A model generated the notes under the pieces. It ran no database searches and had not been told where the DNA came from. It saw nothing but the letters and a program-made list of their open reading frames with translations. Below, in pieces: positions 31,655-40,410 of a stretch of 64,000 nt of DNA (its first letter is position 1; every line of letters starts with the position of its first letter). This DNA is from Pseudomonas aeruginosa PAO1 (GTDB lineage Bacteria; Pseudomonadota; Gammaproteobacteria; Pseudomonadales; Pseudomonadaceae), in the NCBI RefSeq assembly GCF_000006765.1, contig NC_002516.2, one strand, 5' to 3'. A program made the position numbers and the translations under genes.

Positions 31655-32902
31655 TCACTTCACCTTGACGGTATGCGCCGAAGCGCTCTCCATCTTCAAT
31701 TGCGCGACCTGTTGGGGACCGAGGTCACCGGGCAATCCGCCCCAGGTCTGGCGCAGGTAGTTGAGCAGGTCCGTGAGTTGCTCGTCGTCGAGTTTCCCGG
31801 CGAAACCGGGCATCGGTTGCATGCGTTCGAAGCCGGTGAACTGCTGTTCGACGATGCCGTCTTCGATCACTCGCAACAGATTACGCGGGTCTTGCAGGCG
31901 CAGGGTAGTGTTGCCGTTCATCGCCACCGCGATATGCGGCTTGCCCTCGCCTTCGCCGCCGTGGCAGCCGGCGCAGACGTTGAGGTACTGCTGGCGACCG
32001 CGCTTGCCGCTGTCGTTCAGCTGCGCCTCGGGCAGCGCCTGGACCACCTTGGCCGGCGGCGGCTGGTCGCCGAGCAGGTAGGTGGCCATGGCCGCCAGGT
32101 CGCCGTCGTCGAGGTGCTGGGTGCTGTGGTGCACCACCGGGAACATCTCGTTGAACATGCTGCCCTGGGCGCTCATGCCGTGCTTGAGGAAGCTCGCCAG
32201 GTCCGGCTGGGTCCAACCGCGCGCGGCAAGGTCTCCGGGCAGCAGGCTGGGCGCCAGGTAGCCGTTGAGCAGGCCGCCGCTCAGGCGCTTGTCCTGCTCC
32301 AGGGCGCCGGCCAGGTTGCGCGGGGTATGGCACTCGCCGCAGTGGCCAAGCACCTCGACCATGTACTGCCCGCGTTTCCAGGCCTCGCTGCGCCCTTCCT
32401 CCGGCTGCAAGCGCACGCTCTTGCCGTAGAGCAGGTTCCAGCCGGCCAGGCCCATGCGCACGTTGAACGGGAAGCTCAGGCTGGTCTGCGGCGCCGGCCG
32501 GGCGATCGGTTCCTGGGCCATCAGGTAGGCGTAGATGGCGTCGGCATCCTCGCGCTCGATCAGGTGATAGGAGGTGTAGGGCATCGCCGGATAGAGGTAG
32601 GCGCCGTCCTTGCGCTTGCCCTCGGTAAGAGCGGCGAAGAACTCGTCGGCGCTGTAGGCGCCGATGCCGTGTTCCTTGTCCGGGGTGATGTTGGTGCCGT
32701 AGATGGTGCCGAACGGCGACTGGATCGGCAGTCCGCCGGCGAACGGCGCGCCGCCCTCGGCGGTATGGCAGGCCATGCAGTCGGCGGCGCGGGCGAGGTA
32801 TTCGCCGCGCTTGACCAGCGCCGCGTCGGCGCCGGCGGCGGAGGCCAGGAACGGCGACAGCGCGGCCAGCGCCAGGGCGAGGCCGGAAAGGGTTCGCTTC
32901 AT
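31655..32902 (-). CDS. Triheme cytochrome c (alcohol/gluconate dehydrogenase subunit type)
   Basis: Signal peptide and three CxxCH motifs (CMACH, CGECH, CAGCH); start MKRTLSG at 32902. Confidence 0.92.
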   Translation of the reverse strand: MKRTLSGLALALAALSPFLASAAGADAALVKRGEYLARAADCMACHTAEGGAPFAGGLPIQSPFGTIYGTNITPDKEHGIGAYSADEFFAALTEGKRKDGAYLYPAMPYTSYHLIEREDADAIYAYLMAQEPIARPAPQTSLSFPFNVRMGLAGWNLLYGKSVRLQPEEGRSEAWKRGQYMVEVLGHCGECHTPRNLAGALEQDKRLSGGLLNGYLAPSLLPGDLAARGWTQPDLASFLKHGMSAQGSMFNEMFPVVHHSTQHLDDGDLAAMATYLLGDQPPPAKVVQALPEAQLNDSGKRGRQQYLNVCAGCHGGEGEGKPHIAVAMNGNTTLRLQDPRNLLRVIEDGIVEQQFTGFERMQPMPGFAGKLDDEQLTDLLNYLRQTWGGLPGDLGPQQVAQLKMESASAHTVKVK

Positions 32903-32904
32903 CC

Positions 32905-33444
32905 TCAAGCCTCCTTGACCAGGCCGAGTTCGTCGAGCACGTCGCGGGTGGCGCTGTAGTAGCGCACGTAGCCGGTGCAACGGCAGATGTGATGGCCGAG
33001 GCTGTCCTCGATCGCCTGCTCCAGCTCGCTGCGCTTGATCGGCTGGCGCTGGGCTTTTTCCACCAGCACGGTGGCGGCGTTGACGAAGCCCGGCGCGCAA
33101 TAGCTGCACTGGAAGGCGAACTGGTCGACGAACTTCTGCTGGATCGGGTTCAGCTCGCGGATGTCGCCATTCTCGTCGCGCTGGGCATGGCCCTCGATGG
33201 TGCGAACCTTCTTGCCGTCGAAGTAGTGCGCGCCGGTGATGCAGGTGCGCACTTCCTCGCTGGTGCCGTCCGGATTGTCGACGATCACCACGCAGGCATG
33301 GCAGATGCCCTGGCCACAGCCCAGGCGCGAGCCGGTGAGGTTCTGGTATTCGTGCAGGTAGTCGATCATCGGCAGGTCTTCGGCGACCTCCACCGGACCG
33401 ACGGCTTGACCGTTGAGGGTCATCTGGAGCTTGCGGTTAGCCAT
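32905..33444 (-). CDS. [2Fe-2S] subunit of a xanthine dehydrogenase-family enzyme
   Basis: GCGQGICHAC...C and FQCSYC...CRCTGY motifs for two 2Fe-2S clusters. Confidence 0.93.
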   Translation of the reverse strand: MANRKLQMTLNGQAVGPVEVAEDLPMIDYLHEYQNLTGSRLGCGQGICHACVVIVDNPDGTSEEVRTCITGAHYFDGKKVRTIEGHAQRDENGDIRELNPIQQKFVDQFAFQCSYCAPGFVNAATVLVEKAQRQPIKRSELEQAIEDSLGHHICRCTGYVRYYSATRDVLDELGLVKEA

Positions 33445-36268
33445 GGAGGGCCTCCTTGATGCGGGCGGGAGTGATGGGCAGGTCGCGGACGCGCTTGCCG
33501 GTGGCGTGCGCCACGGCGTTGGCGATGGCGCCGACCACCGGGATCATCACCACCTCGGCGATGCCCTTGGCCGGGTCGGTCGGCGACAGCGGCGGGAGGA
33601 TCTCCGCCGTCTGGCTCCACACCGCCACGTCCTTCGCCCGCGGCAACCGGTAGCGGTTGAAGTTCCAGTCCCCTTCCGCGGGGCCGCCCTCGTAGAGCGG
33701 CATTTCCTCCAGCAGCGCATGGCCGATACCCATGGCGATGCCGCCCTCCAGCTGGCCCTTGACCAGCTCCGGCACCAGCACCCGGCCGCACTCGATCCAG
33801 GAATGGTGGTCGAGCACCTGCACCTCGCCGCTGCCCTTGTTCACCTTCAGCTCGACCAGGGTCGCCACCGGACTGTAGTAGGTGACCATCGCGTTGTTCA
33901 GCTGGGTCGCCGGATAAGCCGGATTCTGCCGGTCGAGCAGGTGGAAGCCGGCGCTGTTCATCATCGCCTTCTTCACTCCCGGCGCGCCGTCGCCGTACTT
34001 CACCGCCATGGCGTCGAGCGGCAGGCGCTCGCGCACGCCATCGATGACGAAGTCCGCCTCGGCCCAGCTCCAGCGGTTGAAGCCGTGGACGCTGACGCCG
34101 GTGACCAGGCCCATCTCGTGGGCCTTCTTCGCCAGCTCGGCGAAGGGAATCGGCGCCAGGCCGTTGCCGGTCAACTGGCCGTCGACCCATACCGCGTTTT
34201 CGCGGCGCACCACATAGGGATTGGCCTGGCCGCCGAACGGACCGCTGCGCCACAGCTCCAGGGCCGCCGGCCACAGGCCGTGGTTGAACAGCACGCGCGC
34301 GGCTTCGCGGGTGGCGTGGCTGAAATAGAACGCCGAGTTGGTCGCCGACGACGGCGAGGCCAGCTTGCCGACCCAGCGCGGATCGCGTAGCGCGGCGTCC
34401 TGCTCGGCCTGGCTCATCAGGTAGGGATTGCCCTTGGTGGTGAGCCGCAGCTCGGGCCATTCGGTCTCGGCGGTCTTCACCTCGTCCGCCGGACGGCCGA
34501 GGAAGTCGCCGACCACGAAGGCCTGCGAGGTGGACATCCCGGTACCGATCTCGGTGCCGATGTGGCGCAGGCTGATGCGCCCGTCGGCGCTGAACTCGAT
34601 GCTCGCCATCGGCGCCTCGGCGCCGGTGCCGAAGTCCTTCTGGCAAATGGCGAAGCCGACCCCATACCAGTTGTCCGGGTCTTCCGCGTCGAAGCGCTTC
34701 TTGCGTGCGTCGCGGTCCTTCCAGACCTCGTGGGCAGCGGCCTTGTCGAGGATCTCGTGCAGGCGCAGGGCACCGGCCGGGACCGCGCCCTGGGTGTTCT
34801 TCATGCCCGAGCGCAGGGCGTTGCGACGACGCAGGTCGATGGCGTCGACGCCCAGCCGGCCAGCGATCTCGTCGACCATCATCTCGGTCGCGGCCATGGT
34901 CTGCAGGGTACCGTAGCCGCGCATCGAGCCGGCCTCCACGCCGCGCGAATGATAGGCGGTGACCGCCAGGTCGTTCTGCGGCATGTAGTAGATCGACTGC
35001 GCGGCGGTGGCGCCCACCGCCGCCACCGAGGCGCTGTAGTTGGCGCGCCCGCCGCCGTCGGCGCTCATGTCGGCGCGGAAGATGCGGAAGCCGAGGTCGT
35101 TCCTGTCTACCGCCAGTTGGTAGCGGATGTCGAACGGGTGGCGCTTGATGCCGCTCTGGAACTGCTCGTAGCGGTCGTTGGCCAGGCGCACCGGCACACC
35201 CTCGCCATACAGCGCGGCGAGCGCGGCATAGAAGACGAAGATGTTGTTGTCCTTGGAGCCGTAGCCGACGGTATAGCCCGGATGGATGTTGAGCTTCTCC
35301 AGGGCGAAGCGCGACGGCTTGATCATGTGCACGCTTTCGTAGGCGACTTCGAACGGGCACTGGGTGGCGACCACGAAGTGCAAGGTCTTGCTCGCCGCGT
35401 CGTACCAGCCGTTGCCGTTGTCCGGCTCCAATGCCGCCGGCTCGATCGATGGGGTCTTGTAGCGCTCGTCGAAGACCAGCCAGTCCTGCGGCGGGTTTTC
35501 CAGTTGCTCGGCCATGCGCTTGGCATGGAACAGCCCCTGCTCGGTGAGGTCGCCGTGCAGCTTCGGCTCGCGGGTCCATACCGGTTTGCGGTTGAGGATG
35601 GTGGGGAACAGCATCGAGTCCTTCAGGCTGGAGAACTCGTCGTCCTCGTAGGGCGTCTTGCCGCCGACCCGGACGAAGCGATAGCTGCCGTAGGGATCGC
35701 CCTGGTACAGCGGGGCCTGGGCGCCATAGCGGATCGCCTTGTCGTTGAACTTGAGCTTGAGCTTGGCCCGGCGGAAGCGCTCGAAGTCGTTCCAGATCAG
35801 GATCGCCACCGGATGGCCGATGAACATCGGCACCTTGCCCGGCGGCAGGAGCGGATCGGGCGAATGCGCCTCGGGGAAGACGATGCCGTCCTTCTCCAGG
35901 TCGGCGGCGGTGACGATACGGTCCGGCTGCAACTCGGCGCCCAGCCAGGAAAGGTCGTGGCCTTCGTAGATGCGGTCGGCGCGAACGGTCTTCAGCAACA
36001 TGGCGTGGCCTTGCTGCTGCGGCCAGCCGGGCATGTCCCTGGCGCGGATATCGCGGGCGAACACCTTGTTGCCGCAGACCTTGGACAAGGCGTCGTTACG
36101 GAAACGGACCTGACCGTTGCCCGCCATCCAGCGCTGGGCGGAAACGGTCACCTGGTTCTCGAACAAGGCAGCGAACGCCTGGCTGCCGAGCGGCGCCAGG
36201 GTGACACCCACGCCGGCGATCAACCCGCCCTGGAGAAAGGCGCGCCGGGATATATCACGGTTGGACAT
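33437..36268 (-). CDS. Tat-exported molybdopterin-binding subunit, xanthine/aldehyde oxidoreductase family
   Basis: Twin-arginine SRRAFLQ plus hydrophobic core; MRGYG, EIGTG, GQLEGG...MGIG, KGIAE; start MSNRDIS at 36268. Confidence 0.92.
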   Translation of the reverse strand: MSNRDISRRAFLQGGLIAGVGVTLAPLGSQAFAALFENQVTVSAQRWMAGNGQVRFRNDALSKVCGNKVFARDIRARDMPGWPQQQGHAMLLKTVRADRIYEGHDLSWLGAELQPDRIVTAADLEKDGIVFPEAHSPDPLLPPGKVPMFIGHPVAILIWNDFERFRRAKLKLKFNDKAIRYGAQAPLYQGDPYGSYRFVRVGGKTPYEDDEFSSLKDSMLFPTILNRKPVWTREPKLHGDLTEQGLFHAKRMAEQLENPPQDWLVFDERYKTPSIEPAALEPDNGNGWYDAASKTLHFVVATQCPFEVAYESVHMIKPSRFALEKLNIHPGYTVGYGSKDNNIFVFYAALAALYGEGVPVRLANDRYEQFQSGIKRHPFDIRYQLAVDRNDLGFRIFRADMSADGGGRANYSASVAAVGATAAQSIYYMPQNDLAVTAYHSRGVEAGSMRGYGTLQTMAATEMMVDEIAGRLGVDAIDLRRRNALRSGMKNTQGAVPAGALRLHEILDKAAAHEVWKDRDARKKRFDAEDPDNWYGVGFAICQKDFGTGAEAPMASIEFSADGRISLRHIGTEIGTGMSTSQAFVVGDFLGRPADEVKTAETEWPELRLTTKGNPYLMSQAEQDAALRDPRWVGKLASPSSATNSAFYFSHATREAARVLFNHGLWPAALELWRSGPFGGQANPYVVRRENAVWVDGQLTGNGLAPIPFAELAKKAHEMGLVTGVSVHGFNRWSWAEADFVIDGVRERLPLDAMAVKYGDGAPGVKKAMMNSAGFHLLDRQNPAYPATQLNNAMVTYYSPVATLVELKVNKGSGEVQVLDHHSWIECGRVLVPELVKGQLEGGIAMGIGHALLEEMPLYEGGPAEGDWNFNRYRLPRAKDVAVWSQTAEILPPLSPTDPAKGIAEVVMIPVVGAIANAVAHATGKRVRDLPITPARIKEALHG

Positions 36269-36578
36269 GCAAGTTCCTCTGGGTGGTACGGTTCCCACCC
36301 ATGTCGTTATTCAGGCTTGAACAGCTCGTCCGGACGGACGAGGTGGAGCACGCAGGCGGAAAAACCTGACTCAGGAGTTAATTTTAGCGACAAGTCGCAC
36401 CCGAGGAAAAGTCCCGTCTACCGCTGGAAGGCCCCATGGACACTCGACTTTGGTCGCCTGCCAGGCCGGCTCCAACCTTTTCGTGCGCTTCTCTGAATCT
36501 TCGATTTCGGCAATGGCAACAGCCAAGAGGTAACCACATGTTACTCTCCGCCCTCCTCTCGAAACGCCCGACCCCAGC

Positions 36579-37790
36579 ATGTCCAGCCAACCCAGCTCCC
36601 TGCTCCGCCATCGTCCCTTCCTCGCCTTCTGGCTGGCCCGCGTCTGCACCGCCAGCGGCTTCCAGATGCTCACCGTGGCCATCGGCTGGCACATCTACGA
36701 ACTGACCGGCAATGTCCTCGACCTGGGCCTGGTAGGCCTGGTCGAATTCCTCCCGCGGGTACTGTTCATGCTCCACACCGGGCATGTTGCCGACCGCTAC
36801 GACCGACGCAGGATCGCCGCCCTCTGCCAGGCCGGCCAGGCCCTGGTGGCGGTGGCACTGGTGCTCGGCGCGGCTTCGGGAGAGATCACCCGCAACATGA
36901 TCTTCGTCCTCGCCTTCGCCCTCGGTACCGCCCGCGCCTTCGAAATGCCGACCACCCAGGCGCTGCTGCCGAACCTGGTACCGGCCGGGCTGTTCCCGCG
37001 CGCGGTGGCCGCTTCGGCTTCGGCGATGCAGGCGGCGACCATTGCCGCCCCGGCCCTCGGCGGCCTGCTCTATGCGTTCGGTGCCTCCTGGGTCTACGTG
37101 CCGACCGCGACTCTCTACGTCCTCGCGTGCGTCCTGACGCTCAGCCTGCCGGTACGCAACCAGCCGCTCACCCAGGGCAAGGCCACCCTCGACTCGCTGC
37201 TCGCCGGCATCCGTTTCATCCGCAGCCGACCCGACATCTTCGGGGCAATCTCCCTCGACCTGTTCGCCGTGCTCCTCGGCGGCGCCACCGCCCTGCTCCC
37301 GGTGTTCGCCAAGGACATCCTGCTCACCGGGCCCTGGGGCCTCGGCCTGCTGCGCTCGGCTCCAGCGGTGGGCGCCCTGGCGATGTCGTTCTGGCTGGCG
37401 CACTTCAGCATCGAACGCAACGTCGGGCGGATCATGTTCCTCTCCGTGGGCATCTTCGGCCTGGCAACCATCGCCTTCGGCCTGTCGAAATCGTTCTGGC
37501 TGTCCCTCGGCGTGCTGGTGGTACTCGGCGCCGCGGACATGGTCAGCATGGTCATCCGCGGCGCCTTCGTGCAGCTCGAAACCCCCGACGAGATGCGCGG
37601 CCGGGTCAGCGCGGTGAACGGCCTGTTCATCGGCGCCTCGAACCAGCTCGGCGAGTTCGAGTCCGGGCTCACCGCACACTGGTTCGGCACGGTACCGGCA
37701 GTGGTCCTCGGCGGGATCGGCACCCTGGTGGTCACCGGAGCGTGGATGAAGCTGTTCCCTAGCCTGGCGCAACGCGACCGCCTGCACTGA
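36579..37790 (+). CDS. MFS transporter (EntS/DHA3-like)
   Basis: About 12 TM segments, GHVADRYDRRR MFS motif, TPDEMRGRV. Confidence 0.9.
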   Translation: MSSQPSSLLRHRPFLAFWLARVCTASGFQMLTVAIGWHIYELTGNVLDLGLVGLVEFLPRVLFMLHTGHVADRYDRRRIAALCQAGQALVAVALVLGAASGEITRNMIFVLAFALGTARAFEMPTTQALLPNLVPAGLFPRAVAASASAMQAATIAAPALGGLLYAFGASWVYVPTATLYVLACVLTLSLPVRNQPLTQGKATLDSLLAGIRFIRSRPDIFGAISLDLFAVLLGGATALLPVFAKDILLTGPWGLGLLRSAPAVGALAMSFWLAHFSIERNVGRIMFLSVGIFGLATIAFGLSKSFWLSLGVLVVLGAADMVSMVIRGAFVQLETPDEMRGRVSAVNGLFIGASNQLGEFESGLTAHWFGTVPAVVLGGIGTLVVTGAWMKLFPSLAQRDRLH

Positions 37791-37835
37791 GGCCAATGCC
37801 GTCGCGCGTCGCTGCCCCGACAGCGGCGTATCGGC

Positions 37836-37861
37836 GATAACGCCTGGGGCGTTATCCGTCC
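37836..37861. repeat. REP-like palindrome
   Basis: GATAACGCC-TGG-GGCGTTATC; its reverse strand shares GGACGGATAAC with 60151-60161. Confidence 0.5.
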
Positions 37862-37893
37862 TCCCCATGGAACACCGCACCTTCTCGGCAATA

Positions 37894-37923
37894 AGAAAGC
37901 CCGGCATCGAGCCGGGCTTTTCT
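37894..37923. terminator. Terminator between convergent MFS and repeat-protein genes
   Basis: AAAGCCCGGC-ATCGA-GCCGGGCTTT followed by T. Confidence 0.85.
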
Positions 37924-37949
37924 CGCACCTTGCGGCGTGATCCGCGGTG

Positions 37950-38339
37950 TCAGGCGGGGCGCCGCATCTCCCGATGCAGGCGGTCGACGGTGCGCTCGCT
38001 ACCGTTGTCGGCCAGGCGCAGATCGACGCGCCCCATGTCCTTGTGCAGACGGTCGACGGTCTGTTCGCTGCCGTTCTCGGCCAGGCGCGCCTCGCGGCTG
38101 GTCATGTCGCGGTGCAAGCGATCGATGGTCTGCTCGCTGCCGCTTTCGGCGACCCGGCGTTCTTCCTGGACGCGCGGCGCCTGGGTCTTGCGCAGGCGTT
38201 CGAGGGTACGGTCGGAACCGTCGGAGGCGATCAGTTGTTGGGCACCGCGCAGGGCGATGGATTCGACCCGCGGTGCAGCGAAGGCGGCATTGGCGGTCAG
38301 GGTAGCAAGGGCGATGGCGAGGATCAGCGGGCGTTTCAT
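37950..38339 (-). CDS. Secreted/periplasmic protein with four internal repeats
   Basis: Signal peptide (MKRPLILAIALATLTANAAFA) and four A(E/D/S)xGS(E/D)(Q/R)TxxRL units. Confidence 0.85.
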   Translation of the reverse strand: MKRPLILAIALATLTANAAFAAPRVESIALRGAQQLIASDGSDRTLERLRKTQAPRVQEERRVAESGSEQTIDRLHRDMTSREARLAENGSEQTVDRLHKDMGRVDLRLADNGSERTVDRLHREMRRPA

Positions 38340-38641
38340 GGCAGTGGCTCCAGGTATTCGTTACGTGGGGCCATTCTCTGTTCGGGAAACTCGATTGGAA
38401 AACGAAGCGCGCCAATAGTATTCATCGACGTTTGAAATAGTGCGAAGAACCGCTCTAGTACAGGAGTTACAGCAAGAGTACGCCTCTCCGACCGGCCTTG
38501 GCACGGATTGACGGCATCGATATGAAAAATCGAAGAAATCGAAAGTTTGAGAAGAACACTCGGAATTGAGCACGAACCTCCCTCTCCGCAGAACCGGAGA
38601 GGGGCTCCGTCAGCAGCCTCCGGAACGGAGGCCGGCAGGGT

Positions 38642-40348
38642 TCAGAAGCGCGCCACCACGTTGAACAGGACCCGCGTCTCGCGCTTCCCATCGCGCTGGT
38701 CGGCTGGCTCGCCGATGACCTGGCGGGCAATCTCCGGGTTGAACGACAACTGGTCGGTGAGGTTGAAGCGCACCCCGGCACCGATCGAGCCGAGCTTCTG
38801 CTGCTCGTCATCGTCCACGTCGAGGTTGTAGGTCTTGCCCCAGTCGTAGAAAGCGTAGGCCTGGTAGCTGCGCAGCCAGCTATAGCCCACCGCCTGGCCA
38901 TAGCGCGGTTCGAGCTTCAGGGCGAAGCCACGGTCACCGGTGATGTTGCCCGGGGCGAAGCCGCGACCGATCCCGCTGCCGCCGACGCCGAAGCGCTCGC
39001 TCGGCAGCAACGGGTCGAAGCTGTACTGCCATTGCAATTCGCCATACACCGACCAGGGTCCGCCGAGCCCTTGCAGACGCCCGATGTTGCCGTTGAGATA
39101 GACGAAACGTCCGTCGGCCACTTCGCGGGAACGACGTTCATCGTCCTTCTTGGTCGCGCCCCACATGTCCAGGCCGATGTTGTTGCGCACCTCCGCCAGG
39201 TTGATGCCCATCCAGCGGTCGACCCAGTCATAGGTCAGGCGTTGCTGGAACACCCGCACATGGTCACGACCGGGGTTCGAGGCGTCGCTGGCGAAGTCGC
39301 GCAGGCGGGTCTCGGTATCCTTCCACTGCAACGCCAGGCCGCCGCTCAGGTTCTGCGAGCGCGAGCGGATGAAGGGATGGTTGTAGGAAATGCTGCCTTC
39401 GGTGCTCTTGCTGACGCTGTCGAAGGGGAATACCGAGTCCGGGATGTCCGGGTTGACCTTCGAATAGGAACCCATGATCTGCAGGGTATCGCCGGCGAAC
39501 ATGCCACCCAGCGGCAACGTGCCGCGCAACTGGATGTAGCGGGTGGCATCGCTGAACGGCGAGATCGCGCCGAGCACGTCGATCTGCTCGTAGAAGCCCA
39601 GGCGGGAGAACTCGGTGGCGCCGAAGGCCAGGGTGGTCGGGTCGGTGTAGTGCGAGCCGCGGTTGTCGAGGCTGACGAAGCCTTCGTATCGCTGCTGTTG
39701 CAAGGCCACGTCGAGGTTCGACGAGCCCAGCGCCTGACCCGGGCTGAGCACGCTCTGCACGTTGACCCCCGGCAGGTCGCCGACCAGCAGCAGGCCGCGC
39801 TCCAGGGTATCGGCATCCAGCGGACGTTTTTCGGTCAGCGGCGCGAGCAGTTCCTCCACTCGCACCCGCGGCCCATCGACGGTTCCCTTGATCTGCACGT
39901 GTTCGAGGTAACCCTCGATCACCTGCAGGCGTACCTTGCCGCCCTCGATGCTCTGCTCCGGCACCACTACCTGGGTCAACAGGAAGCCGTCCTGGCGGTA
40001 CTTGGCGGTGAGGCGGTTGGCCAGGTCGACCAGTTCGGCCAGGGACACCTGCTCGCCGAGCATATGCTGGTAATAGGACTCGAGCACCGCCTTGTCATAG
40101 CGGGTGTTGCCTTCGATGCGTATCTCGCGCAGTTTGAAGCGGATCTGTTCGCTGCCTTGCGGCGCGACCTGCTTGGGCACCACCAGCGGCGCCTCGGGCT
40201 TGGCTTGCGGCTCGCTGCGGGGCTTGAAGCGTTCATCGAGCTGGGATGGCTGTACAGTCCCTGGCAACTCCACGGCGGCGGCGGAAGCAGCCAGCATCCC
40301 GCAGCCACAGAGCGTCACCCAGCGAAGCGTCCATTGCGAAGGTTTCAT
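38642..40348 (-). CDS. cdrB: Two-partner secretion TpsB transporter CdrB
   Basis: Signal peptide, POTRA domains (IEGNT, GDLPGV), beta-barrel ending in ARF; SD GAGGTG spacing favours ATG 40348. Confidence 0.93.
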   Translation of the reverse strand: MKPSQWTLRWVTLCGCGMLAASAAAVELPGTVQPSQLDERFKPRSEPQAKPEAPLVVPKQVAPQGSEQIRFKLREIRIEGNTRYDKAVLESYYQHMLGEQVSLAELVDLANRLTAKYRQDGFLLTQVVVPEQSIEGGKVRLQVIEGYLEHVQIKGTVDGPRVRVEELLAPLTEKRPLDADTLERGLLLVGDLPGVNVQSVLSPGQALGSSNLDVALQQQRYEGFVSLDNRGSHYTDPTTLAFGATEFSRLGFYEQIDVLGAISPFSDATRYIQLRGTLPLGGMFAGDTLQIMGSYSKVNPDIPDSVFPFDSVSKSTEGSISYNHPFIRSRSQNLSGGLALQWKDTETRLRDFASDASNPGRDHVRVFQQRLTYDWVDRWMGINLAEVRNNIGLDMWGATKKDDERRSREVADGRFVYLNGNIGRLQGLGGPWSVYGELQWQYSFDPLLPSERFGVGGSGIGRGFAPGNITGDRGFALKLEPRYGQAVGYSWLRSYQAYAFYDWGKTYNLDVDDDEQQKLGSIGAGVRFNLTDQLSFNPEIARQVIGEPADQRDGKRETRVLFNVVARF

Positions 40349-40410
40349 CATTCACCTCGGGCAGATGACGCACTACCGCCCGGAGACGATAGTGCGCATT
40401 GCGAAAAGGG

